From an uncultured Acidobacteriota bacterium (lineage in GTDB: Bacteria; Acidobacteriota; Thermoanaerobaculia; UBA5066; DATFVB01), in contig CAWEYG010000003.1 in the NCBI GenBank assembly GCA_963813155.1, positions 982,372 through 1,046,371 on the forward strand: a stretch of DNA of 64,000 nucleotides. Reading direction: 5' to 3'. Position 1 is the stretch's first letter, and every line of letters starts with the position of its first letter. Both the position numbers and the translations under genes were made by a program. The notes beneath the pieces were generated by a model. That model ran no database searches and had not been told where the DNA came from. It saw nothing but the letters and a program-made list of their open reading frames with translations. Below are positions 9,563 through 18,160 of the stretch, piece by piece.

Positions 9563-9767
9563 TCTCCTCCTCCTCCTCGTCTTCCCCGGCGAAGAAGTAG
9601 GTATCTCCGCATCGCTGGCCGCAGAAGTCGCGGCCTCCTCTTCTCACGAGGCAACGGGTGCAAAACCATCTCTGGCACGAGGGACACCGCGCCAGGGCAT
9701 CGTCGACGAGCGGCGTGGGGCTCGGAATCCGGAAGCAAACCATGCACCGATCCGAAGGCTCGGCCAT
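9549..9767 (-). CDS. Small Cys-rich putative zinc-binding protein with acidic tail
   Basis: CMVC, CPSC, CTRC and CGQRC motifs; EDEEEEE tail; overlaps clc start. Confidence 0.7.
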   Translation of the reverse strand: MAEPSDRCMVCFRIPSPTPLVDDALARCPSCQRWFCTRCLVRRGGRDFCGQRCGDTYFFAGEDEEEEESGDE

Positions 9768-9782
9768 GGAATGCAGTCTACT

Positions 9783-10349
9783 TTACTTCGCTTTTTCTTC
9801 TTTCTCGAATCGCAACGTTTCGCCGGTTTTCGCGTCTCTCAGCGCGATCCGGTTCGGCTCGATCTCGATCCGCCACGAGCGGCCCGCGGTCCCGCGAATC
9901 GCGCGCGCGCAGTCGCTCGGCCTCGTCTCTCCCGCGAATCCGTCGCCTTCGATCTTCAGGTAGACCCCGCATGCCGAATTCAGCTCGTCGGAGGTGAATC
10001 TCGCGGATGCGGGCGACATCGCCGTGACACCGGGATCGAAATGAGGCAGGTACCCGATGTGGATCGAGTCTCCCTGCGGCTCGATCCTCAGGAGCGCCTG
10101 CTCGCGAATGTTCGTCTTCTCGAACTGGCCCGAGACCGTCACGAAATAGTCGTACGGGTGCGAAAGGCTGACCGAGACCGGCGTGATCGCAATCGAGAGC
10201 TTGTTGCCGGGAGTCGCCCCGACGTAGCGGCCCGGAAGATACCGGGCGAGGTTATCGATGGGCGCCAGGGCGCCGTTGGACACGGCCGCGACCGCGAGAC
10301 AAAGACTCAGGATCGCGAACCGAACCGGTGTGAACCAGGATTTCTTCAT
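9783..10349 (-). CDS. Secreted hypothetical protein, possibly CpcT/CpeT-like beta-barrel
   Basis: Signal peptide; ACGVYL..EGDGFAGET...DC pattern reminiscent of CpcT family; GGAG RBS. Confidence 0.55.
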   Translation of the reverse strand: MKKSWFTPVRFAILSLCLAVAAVSNGALAPIDNLARYLPGRYVGATPGNKLSIAITPVSVSLSHPYDYFVTVSGQFEKTNIREQALLRIEPQGDSIHIGYLPHFDPGVTAMSPASARFTSDELNSACGVYLKIEGDGFAGETRPSDCARAIRGTAGRSWRIEIEPNRIALRDAKTGETLRFEKEEKAK

Positions 10350-10480
10350 GTTGTTACTCCCTCCGCTGCCGAACCTTTGCGAGATTCGTACCCACTACTC
10401 CCCTTTTCTCATGAAACACTTAGGTTTGCCGAATGGCCTCGGAGCCGATTCGATGACCCCGGAAGAGGACACTCGCTCCG

Positions 10481-10570
10481 TGGTGCCGGAGGCCGGAATC
10501 GAACCGGCACGGCCCTTTCGGGCCTCGGGATTTTAAGTCCCGTGCGTCTGCCAAATTTCGCCACTCCGGC
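10481..10570 (-). tRNA. tRNA-Leu(TAA)
   Basis: rc GCCGGAGTGGCGAAATTTGGCAGACGC...CTTAAAA..., long variable arm, GGTTCGATTCC, CCA. Confidence 0.96.
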
Positions 10571-10607
10571 TCTCAAATCCCTCGGTTCAATTCTCGCACG
10601 GGTGGGT

Positions 10608-10682
10608 TGGAGGCGACGGTGGGAATCGAACCCACGAATAAAGGTTTTGCAGACCTCTCCCTTACCACTTGGGTACGTCGCC
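10608..10682 (-). tRNA. tRNA-Cys(GCA)
   Basis: rc GGCGACGTACCCAAGTGGTAAGGG...CTGCAAA...GGTTCGATTCC...CCA. Confidence 0.96.
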
Positions 10683-10744
10683 GCGGACTCAAGGCGCGAT
10701 TCTAGGCTTCGCGTCGACCCGAGGTCAAACAGAGCGCCACCACC

Positions 10745-11347
10745 CTAGATCCGGCTGTAGGAGCGAATCAGGCCGGTCACGACGCCCTGGATGCGAACGT
10801 CCTTCGGCTCTGCGAAGATCGGCTTCATGACGCTGTTCGCGGGCTGCAGGCGCACGCGCTTGCCCTCCGCGTAGAAACGCTTGAGCGTCGCCTCGCCTTT
10901 CAGCAGCGCGACGACGGTCTGCCCGTTCTCGGCGTTTTCCCGGCGCGAAACGACGATGTAGTCGCCGTCGTGAATCCCGTCCTCGACCATCGAGTCGCCG
11001 CGGACTTTCAGCACGAAGTGCTCTCCCTTGCCGAGCAGCGACGGGGGAACTTCGATCGAATCGGAATCGGGGAACGGCTCGATCGGGCGGCCCGCCGCGA
11101 CGATCCCGAGGAGCCGCACGGCCGTCGCCGGCTCTTCGGCCTCCACCGGCGCGAGGCTGCGGCTCTTGTTCCAGTCGCGCGTGAGCGCTTTCTTCTCCTG
11201 CAGCAGGCGAAGGTGCTTCTGAACGGTCCCGAAGCTCGAGAGCCCGAACTCCTCGCGGATCTCCCTCTGCGTCGGAGAAATTCCGTTCTTGCGCCTGTAA
11301 GCGGAGATGAAATCGAGAATTTCTTTTTGACGCTTCGTCAGATTCAT
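10745..11347 (-). CDS. lexA: SOS repressor LexA
   Basis: LTKRQKEIL, PTQREI wHTH, VAAG cleavage site, GDSM catalytic Ser, TLKRF catalytic Lys. Confidence 0.95.
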   Translation of the reverse strand: MNLTKRQKEILDFISAYRRKNGISPTQREIREEFGLSSFGTVQKHLRLLQEKKALTRDWNKSRSLAPVEAEEPATAVRLLGIVAAGRPIEPFPDSDSIEVPPSLLGKGEHFVLKVRGDSMVEDGIHDGDYIVVSRRENAENGQTVVALLKGEATLKRFYAEGKRVRLQPANSVMKPIFAEPKDVRIQGVVTGLIRSYSRI

Positions 11348-11364
11348 CGGCGGCACCCCTGTTC

Positions 11365-11435
11365 GAAAAAAGAAGGCCGAGGGAACTACCGCGGCCCGCG
11401 CTCTGATCAGCTGCGCCGGCCCGTCGGCCTCACTT
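11365..11435 (-). other. Structured lexA leader ending in a terminator-like U tract
   Basis: rc AGGCCGA...GGCC-GCGC-loop-GCGC-GGCC...TCGGCCT followed by TCTTTTTT, just upstream of RBS AGGGG. Confidence 0.5.
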
Positions 11436-11440
11436 CCGGG

Positions 11441-11469
11441 AATATAGGCGTAAGGGAGGCGTAAGTCAA
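11441..11469 (-). promoter_or_regulatory. lexA sigma70 promoter containing a direct repeat (candidate LexA box TTAC-N7-TTAC)
   Basis: TTGACT-17 nt-TATATT; CTTACGCCT repeated with an 11-bp period across the spacer. Confidence 0.7.
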
Positions 11470-11518
11470 GTGTCAGTATCTCAGAAGGGGCTTGAGGAAT
11501 ACCTTCCCCAGCCGGGGT

Positions 11519-12220
11519 TCAGGGACGCGAGCGTCGCTCGATAATTCGAAGTAGATAGTTCGCGACGCCGATAACTTCCGCCGCCTCGCGAGGATCTCCA
11601 AACGTCGGGGTCGCACGACCGGAATCGCTCAGAAATACTCCAAAGGCTCCGGACACGAATTCACAGAATGCGTCATTCGCCCCCGGGTCCTGGCCAGGAT
11701 CGCGGAGAGGCCCGGTCCCGGAATCGAAGGCTTCCTTCAACAGTCGGCGTGGAGGGTGCGCCGAAAGGCCGGTGGCTCCGCGGATAGCGGATTCGACTCG
11801 CTCAAAGGCCTGAGTGACGGCGCCCGGATAGTCTCCGCGAACAAATGATCGCCAGACGTTTTCTCGAAGGAGAAAATGGAGACCGCTCCTGTTCAAGATG
11901 GACGAGTTCCCCGGAGGAAAAAGGCCGACTTCTCGCGCCTTCGCGTTCCCCGCGCCCGTCACGACATACCCTCCGCGAGTTTTGACGTCGAGGGTAATAT
12001 GCCCTTCCCGCTCCAGCCTGGTCCATGCCGACATGATCTGTCTGGATACATCTTTACTTCGTGAGGGGTACTCTCTGGCGATCGCGGTCGAAACGGTTTC
12101 CGGGTGGAGGCTCTCGGCTTCCAACGCCACGACAAACCGAAGAAGAGGAGCCACCAATTCATCCGGAGTCAGTTCGAGAAACGATTCTTCGTCCGGAAAA
12201 TATTCACTAATCAGGGCCAT
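11519..12220 (-). CDS. TIGR02391 (Ymh-like) family protein
   Basis: C-terminal DYPGAVTQAFERVESAIR...KEAF...GPLRD...GAFGVF...EAAEVIGVANYLLRII; lower GC than flanks; downstream of tRNA-Pro. Confidence 0.7.
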   Translation of the reverse strand: MALISEYFPDEESFLELTPDELVAPLLRFVVALEAESLHPETVSTAIAREYPSRSKDVSRQIMSAWTRLEREGHITLDVKTRGGYVVTGAGNAKAREVGLFPPGNSSILNRSGLHFLLRENVWRSFVRGDYPGAVTQAFERVESAIRGATGLSAHPPRRLLKEAFDSGTGPLRDPGQDPGANDAFCEFVSGAFGVFLSDSGRATPTFGDPREAAEVIGVANYLLRIIERRSRP

Positions 12221-12439
12221 CGTGTCCCCTTCCGCGATCGGCAGGAATCGCCCGTTCTCCGGGCCAAGTTCGCCGAGGCTTACACAGCAACCCAGTGCTC
12301 ACCGCGCTCCTAGCGGACGGCGGAGCCGTGCGGGATGGGCCGTCAGCCGCAAGGATGCCAATTGTTGGATTAACGCTCGATAAACCAAAGGTCGCCTGCG
12401 GCGAGCCCGAACCTGGAGGTGTCCTACGCCGGAGGAAGG

Positions 12440-12517
<78 letters not shown>

Positions 12518-12573
12518 AGAGAGAAACCGGAGTTTATACCTGAAAGGGGCGGACGCGTAAAGCCTTGCGGCTC

Positions 12574-13065
12574 CTAGAGCTTCGCCTCCATGTGCCTTTT
12601 GAAGAATTTCCGGTGCAGGTAAAGGTAAATGACGATCAGCACGTTCACGAAAAGGATGAGGAAGCGGTGCGCGGAAAAGCTGCGCACGAAGAGATGCCTC
12701 ACCTCGAACGGAATGAAAACGGCCGTCAGGACGATCGTGAGCCAGGGAGCCCATGTGTAGCCTCGCGCAAGAAAGAACCCTTCGCACGCGACAATGACGC
12801 CGGCGATCAGGCATGAGGCCACGATCGCCGGGAAATGCAGCTCGAACGCGAACGAGAGGTCCCGCAGCATCCGCGCGGTGAAACCGAGGCGGGACGTCCC
12901 CTCCACCCAGTCCGCCCATCGCAGAAGCAGGCGCGAGACGGGCTCCTGCCGTTCGATCGCGAGCGCCGCTCCGGCGACCAGGAACAGGACCGCCTTGAAG
13001 AACTTGAAAATGATGATCGCAACGAGCAGGCCAGGGCGCTTCGACTCCGGAGATCGGCCTGCCAT
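12574..13065 (-). CDS. DUF2127-like membrane protein
   Basis: IAIIIFKFFKA, EGFFL..GYTWA.WLT, FIPFEV, VNVLIVIYL pattern. Confidence 0.75.
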   Translation of the reverse strand: MAGRSPESKRPGLLVAIIIFKFFKAVLFLVAGAALAIERQEPVSRLLLRWADWVEGTSRLGFTARMLRDLSFAFELHFPAIVASCLIAGVIVACEGFFLARGYTWAPWLTIVLTAVFIPFEVRHLFVRSFSAHRFLILFVNVLIVIYLYLHRKFFKRHMEAKL

Positions 13066-13091
13066 CGGGTTCGATTGTAGCCGGAAAGCCG

Positions 13092-13784
13092 TCACCCGCG
13101 AGACGCTGCGACGACCTCCCCGAACAAAGCGGGTTCCGGGGATTCGATTCGGACCGGCTCGCCCGAAAACGGATCCGCGAATTCGAGGCGATGCGCGTGA
13201 AGGAGCAGGCGCGGTACGTCCCGCAGGACCCGGCGCAGCGCCGGGTCGCGCACTCCCCTCCACCGGGGCCCGCCATACAGGTCGTCGCCGACGATCGGAT
13301 GTCCGCGCGAAGCGAGATGCACTCGGAGCTGGTGCGTTCTCCCCGTCCTCGGCGTGAGCTCGAGGTGCGCGACCGAGGAGAGCCGCTCGAGCGTCCGATA
13401 TTCCGTCGAGGCGGGCTTGCCCTCTTCGGCAACCTTCATTTTTCGCCGATCCTCGCGGTCCATGGCGAGGGGCGAGTCGATGAGGCCCTCGGCGGGCTTC
13501 GGATGGCCCCAGACGAGGGCGCGATACGTCTTCTCGACCTTCCGCTCCTGAAACAGGAGCGACGCCACCCGGTGCGCCTCCGGATCCTTCGCGAGCAGGA
13601 CGACGCCCGAGGTCCCGACGTCCAGCCGATGGACGAGCAGGAGGTTCCGGGCCGACCCGGGAGAAAGGCCAGCAGCCTCGACGAGCCTCTCGACGGCCTG
13701 CTGCTCGCCTCCTCGCGGAGTCGCCATCGAGAGGCCGGAGGGCTTATCGAGAGCGAGGAAGCGGGAGGTTTCGAGGAGGATCAA
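13092..13784 (-). CDS. RluA/RluD family pseudouridine synthase
   Basis: DKPSG, VHRLDVGTSG, TGRTHQLRVH, HPIVGDDLYG, LLLHA; TTG start overlaps upstream stop. Confidence 0.93.
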   Translation of the reverse strand: MILLETSRFLALDKPSGLSMATPRGGEQQAVERLVEAAGLSPGSARNLLLVHRLDVGTSGVVLLAKDPEAHRVASLLFQERKVEKTYRALVWGHPKPAEGLIDSPLAMDREDRRKMKVAEEGKPASTEYRTLERLSSVAHLELTPRTGRTHQLRVHLASRGHPIVGDDLYGGPRWRGVRDPALRRVLRDVPRLLLHAHRLEFADPFSGEPVRIESPEPALFGEVVAASRG

Positions 13785-14059
13785 CGCAACCGAACGGACG
13801 TCACCTTCGGAAACGCGGCCTTCACTTTGGCTTCCAGCTGCGGCAGGAGCGCTTCCACCGCGCGCCGGCAACGCGGGTCGAGCAGGACGACGTCAATCGC
13901 TCCCTTTTCGGCCGGGCGGGGCTCGATCTTACCGGCGAGATACGGACCGACGAGCTCCGGCCACTTCTCCGCGAGGAGCGAGCCGATGGGCCGCGCGCCC
14001 TTGAGACGCCGCAGGGAATCGCGACAGGCGTCGTCGAGGCGGGTGAACGAACGCTTCAC
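13781..14059 (-). CDS. DciA/DUF721-like protein
   Basis: 92 aa, WPELVGPYLA motif, overlapping operon position. Confidence 0.6.
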   Translation of the reverse strand: MKRSFTRLDDACRDSLRRLKGARPIGSLLAEKWPELVGPYLAGKIEPRPAEKGAIDVVLLDPRCRRAVEALLPQLEAKVKAAFPKVTSVRLR

Positions 14060-15012
14060 GGAATGCCCACGACCGGCCAGCGGGGCCTCTCGCCCCGAAG
14101 GACCCTGCGAACGTCCTCGCTCACCATCCTCGCCATTTCTTCGCGCGTCTCCTCGGTCGCGGACGCCGCGTGGGGCATCAGCAGAACCCGGTCATCGTCG
14201 AGAAGCGCCGGAGCGATGACGGGCTCGCGCTCGTAAACGTCGAGCGCCGCGCCCCAGACTCGCTTCTCGTCGAGAGCGCGGCACAGCGCCATCTCGTCGA
14301 CGATGGCGCCCCTCGCCGTGTTGACGAGGATCGCCGACGGCTTCATCCGGGAGAACGCCTCCGCCCCGATGAGGTGGAAAGTTTCGGGGGTGAGCGGAAC
14401 GTGCAGGGAGACGACGTCGCTCGAGGAGAGGAGGTGCTCGAAGGAGACTCGCCGGGGGTCGTCGGGATCGGACGGATCGCGGGGCGAGCGCCCGAACGCG
14501 ATCGGATCCATTCCAAACGCGCGAGCCCGCCGGGCCGTCGCCTTTCCAATCCTCCCGGGACCGACGATTCCGAGGGTTTTCCCCTGCAACCCCCTCCCGA
14601 GCAGAAGATCCGGCCGCCAGCCCGAAAAGCCTCCCGCCCGCACCAGGCGGTCTCCCTCGAGGATGCGGCGCGCGACCGCGAGGATCATGGCCATCGCCAT
14701 GTCGGCCGTCGCCTCCGTCAGGACCCCGGGCGTGTGCGTCACGACGATCCTGCGCGCGGCCGCCGCCGCGACGTCGATGTTGTCCACGCCGACCGCATAG
14801 TTCGCGACGATCTTGAGCTTTGGAGCTCGCGAGAGCAGCGGCTCGCCGACCGGAACCGAGAGAAGGCAGATGAGCGCATCGGCGTCGGAGAGCTCCGCCG
14901 CCAGATGCTCGGGCGACGTGTCGGCGTCGAGAACGCGAAGGTCGAACTCCTCCGCGAGGCCGGCAAAAACGGGCCCGGGCAACGGGGACGTCGCGACGAC
15001 GATCGGGTTCAC
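14056..15012 (-). CDS. D-2-hydroxyacid dehydrogenase (glyoxylate reductase / D-glycerate dehydrogenase)
   Basis: AVGVDNID, TPGVLTEATAD, GPGRIG, VNTARG, LDVYEREP, PHAASAT. Confidence 0.93.
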   Translation of the reverse strand: MNPIVVATSPLPGPVFAGLAEEFDLRVLDADTSPEHLAAELSDADALICLLSVPVGEPLLSRAPKLKIVANYAVGVDNIDVAAAAARRIVVTHTPGVLTEATADMAMAMILAVARRILEGDRLVRAGGFSGWRPDLLLGRGLQGKTLGIVGPGRIGKATARRARAFGMDPIAFGRSPRDPSDPDDPRRVSFEHLLSSSDVVSLHVPLTPETFHLIGAEAFSRMKPSAILVNTARGAIVDEMALCRALDEKRVWGAALDVYEREPVIAPALLDDDRVLLMPHAASATEETREEMARMVSEDVRRVLRGERPRWPVVGIP

Positions 15013-15209
15013 CGTTTCTTCCCCCCGATCGCCTGCCCGAGCAGGAAGAGCGCGCCTCCGAGCGCGAGGACGGTCAGTTCCGCCCGGACGGGGCCGCCCA
15101 GCCGCTCCATGACGAAGGGGTGCTCCGCGCCGAACAGCCCGAAAAACAGAGCCATTCCCGTCGTCACGAGGCCGAGCAACATGAGGCTGCGGCCCAGGGT
15201 CTCACGCAT
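15009..15209 (-). CDS. Small two-TM membrane protein
   Basis: MRETLGRSLMLLGL...; overlaps both neighbours in the operon. Confidence 0.6.
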   Translation of the reverse strand: MRETLGRSLMLLGLVTTGMALFFGLFGAEHPFVMERLGGPVRAELTVLALGGALFLLGQAIGGKKR

Positions 15210-15211
15210 CC

Positions 15212-17262
15212 TCACCGCGCCGGTTCGACCGAAACCGAAATCACGCGATCCCCCTGTTCGATCCTGTCCGCGTTCGCCTGCCCGGAAACGACCCGTCCGA
15301 ACAGGGGATAACGCCCGTCCAGGTGCGGCTGGGGAGACAGCGTGATGAAGAACTGGCTGCCTCCCGTGTCGGCGCCGCCGAGGGCCATTCCCACGGCGCC
15401 CCGTTCGAAGCTCCCCGGCCCCAGCTCGTCGCGGATTTCGTAGCCGGGACCGCCGTGCTGCGTCGCCGTCGGATCGCCCCCCTGAATCACGAAGTTGGGA
15501 ACGGCGCGATCGAACGTCGTCCCGTCGAAAAATTTCCGCGACGCGAGGCCGGCGAAATTCTCGACGGTGAGCGGCGTTCCCTTCACGTCGAGCTCGATCA
15601 CGATATCGCCCTTCGAGGTCCGGATCCTCGCCCGGCGGGGGTTCTCGGCCTCGGCGAGGATGCGCTCGTAGTCGGCGACCTTGCGGGTGCTCCGGTACGC
15701 AACCGCCGGGATCGCGGAAGCGTCCGAATGGAAGATTTCGATCAACTGCTGGCGTGCGAAGCGCGCGACGAGCGGCCTCGGGTCCAGGAGTGCGGCGGCC
15801 TCAACCGACCTCGCTTCATCGGTCGCGAATCGCGCAGCCGCGGTGACGGCCGAGAGCGCGGCGTCGGGAATCGAATCGCGGACGCTTCCCGCGAGGGCGG
15901 AGCGGAGGTCGGCGGCGATCGTCGGATCGCCGAGGTCGGCGAGCCGGTCGATCGCGGAGGAACGGACGCCCGCGTCCGGATCGGCGAGCATCGTCCGGAT
16001 CGTCTCCCGATGCGCCGAATCCGCCGGCATGCCGTCGATCGCGAACTCGCGCACGCGGGGGCTCGGGTCCGCGAGCATCCGGATGCGGTAGGGCGCCGCG
16101 AATTCCTCGGGCAATCCCGCAAGCCCCTCTGCGGCGGCTGCGCGCAGGGACGGGTCTTCCGAAGCGATCGCCAGATCGAGCTTCGACTTCGAATTCTCCC
16201 GGAGCCCCCGGACCAGCGAAACGATCGCGACCTCCCGGCGGCGGCCCGCTCCCGACGTCGCCTGCGCGTTCAGCGTCCGAATCGCCTCGCGATCGCTCGT
16301 GAAGCGTCGCAGCGCCGTCAGCGCGGGGATCGCGACGTTCGGGTTCGCGTCCGCGGCGAGCGACACGATGCGGGAGATGCAGCCGGCGGGCGGCGCCTCG
16401 GGCTTCTTGCCCTCGATCTGCTCGATCGCGTTCAGAGAATTCGCGAGAACCCCGGGTTCGCTCCGGCCGAGAGCGTCGCAAAGCGCCGGAAGGCCGCCGG
16501 GCCCGCCGAGCACACCGAGGCCGCGGGCCGCGAACGCCGCGGAATCGGGGTCCGGGTCCCGAGTGGCGAGCGCGATCGAGTCGAACGAGGACGGAATCGG
16601 GTTTCGGGAAATCGCGTAAATCGCCGCTCGCCGGACGTCGCCCGTTTCCTCCGAGGACGCGCGCCGGGCGAGGGAGGCCGCGGGCTCGGTCGCGAAGCCG
16701 GCCAGCGCGCGAAGCAGGCAGGGGCGCTCGGCGGGAGGCGCGGAATCGTAGGCGGCCGCGAGAGGCCCGTCGCCGGCGGCCGGGTGAAGGCGGCCGAGGG
16801 CCCGGGCAGCGGCGCACCCGACCATCGGGTCCCCCTGCCGCAAAAGCACGATGAGAGTCGGGGCCGCGCGCGGATCGCCGAGAAGCTCGAAACCGAGCGC
16901 CGAGGCCGCCCGCACCGAGGGTTCCCGGTCCGCGGAAAGCGTCGCGAGAATCGGGTACCCCCGCGCGTCGCCGATCGAGCCGATCGCGTGCGCCGCGCGC
17001 TCGCGAACGACCGTCTCCGGCCGGCTCGCGGCTTCTTCGAGGACCGCGCCGTCGTAGCGCCGGTCGTCTTCGAGCATCAGGAGCGACGCCTCCGCCTCGC
17101 CGGGCCGAGGCGAATTTCACTGCAGAAGGGGGCGGGGACTTGTTGCCCCGGAGAGGAGGGTCGCCGGGCAGGAGCGCAGGAAAGCAGGAACGCCGTCGCG
17201 GCCACTGCAAGGAAGCGCCTCGGGCGGCAGCTCGCTCGCTCGGGAATCGCAACTCGCGGCAT
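15212..17262 (-). CDS. HEAT-repeat lipoprotein with C-terminal cyclophilin-type peptidyl-prolyl isomerase; frameshift near 17090
   Basis: HEAT repeats; FFDGTTFDRAVPNFVIQGGDP, DTGGSQFFI, HLDGRYPLFG; lipobox LLSC in ORF 17077..17262. Confidence 0.85.
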
Positions 17263-17370
17263 CGCATTGCCCCCTTCGCCAAGTTCCCGTGAGTTCTCTC
17301 GTCAGCTTCGAGCTGAAGAACTCCAGCTCAGACAAGGCCGATTCCCTCGCTCTGGACAGCCGCCCTTGCG
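17197..17370 (+). repeat. Partial copy (5' arm plus centre) of the fold-back intergenic element
   Basis: CGGGAATCGCAACTCGCGGCATCGC identical to 33758-33782; CGAGCTGAAGAACT..AAGGCCGATTCCCTC matches 33833-33875. Confidence 0.75.
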
Positions 17371-17416
17371 CCTTCGACCCTGGTGAACGCTCGAGGAGGC
17401 GGAGGGGGCGAGGTCT

Positions 17417-18160
17417 TCACTGACCCAGCGGCAGCCGGTCGCCGAGCATCGCCGGAAGGCCCGCTTTCAGGATCTTCTCGCGCGCCCGGCCGACGTCATA
17501 CGAGACGCGGTCGAAAAACACGACTCGTTCCTTCGAGTCGAAGATCGCGTACGCCGCGTTCGGGTTGCGGTCCCGCGGCTGGCCGATCGAACCGGGGTTG
17601 ATCAGGTATCTCTTGCGCGGGTCGAGAACGACCTTGCTGCGGTCGCCCCGAACGACCTCCACCCGGATCGCGCTGCGTTCGAGCGTGAAGATGGAAGGAA
17701 TGTGGCTGTGCCCGAAGAAACAGACCTTCCAGGGGCCCTGCTGGAAATTCATGTAGGCGTCGATGTCCGAAAAAATATAGGCGTCTTCGTCGAGGGGCGA
17801 ACCGTGGCACACCGCGAAGTCGCCGTCCACGATCGCCGGCCCCATCGGAAGCGCTTCGATGTACTTCCAATTCGCGGGCGTGAGCCGGCTTCCCGTCCAG
17901 CGCGCCGCCTCGAGAGCCACCGAGTTGAAGAGATCTCCCGTTTCGGTCCCCACGACGACCTTGTCGTGGTTGCCCCGAATCATGATCTTCTCCCGCTTGA
18001 TCTTCCGGATGCGCTCGATGATCTGGTTCGGGTTCGCGCCGTAGCCCACGAAGTCTCCGAGCACGACGACTTTGTCGAACTTCTTCCGGCGAACGCGCGC
18101 GATCACCGCGGCCAGGGCCTCGTCGTTGCTGTGAATGTCCGACAGGATCAAATAACGCAA
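17417..18160 (-). CDS. Metallophosphoesterase (calcineurin-like)
   Basis: SDIHSN, LGDFVGYG, RGNHD, HGSP, GHSH, NPGSIGQPRD. Confidence 0.92.
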   Translation of the reverse strand: MRYLILSDIHSNDEALAAVIARVRRKKFDKVVVLGDFVGYGANPNQIIERIRKIKREKIMIRGNHDKVVVGTETGDLFNSVALEAARWTGSRLTPANWKYIEALPMGPAIVDGDFAVCHGSPLDEDAYIFSDIDAYMNFQQGPWKVCFFGHSHIPSIFTLERSAIRVEVVRGDRSKVVLDPRKRYLINPGSIGQPRDRNPNAAYAIFDSKERVVFFDRVSYDVGRAREKILKAGLPAMLGDRLPLGQ

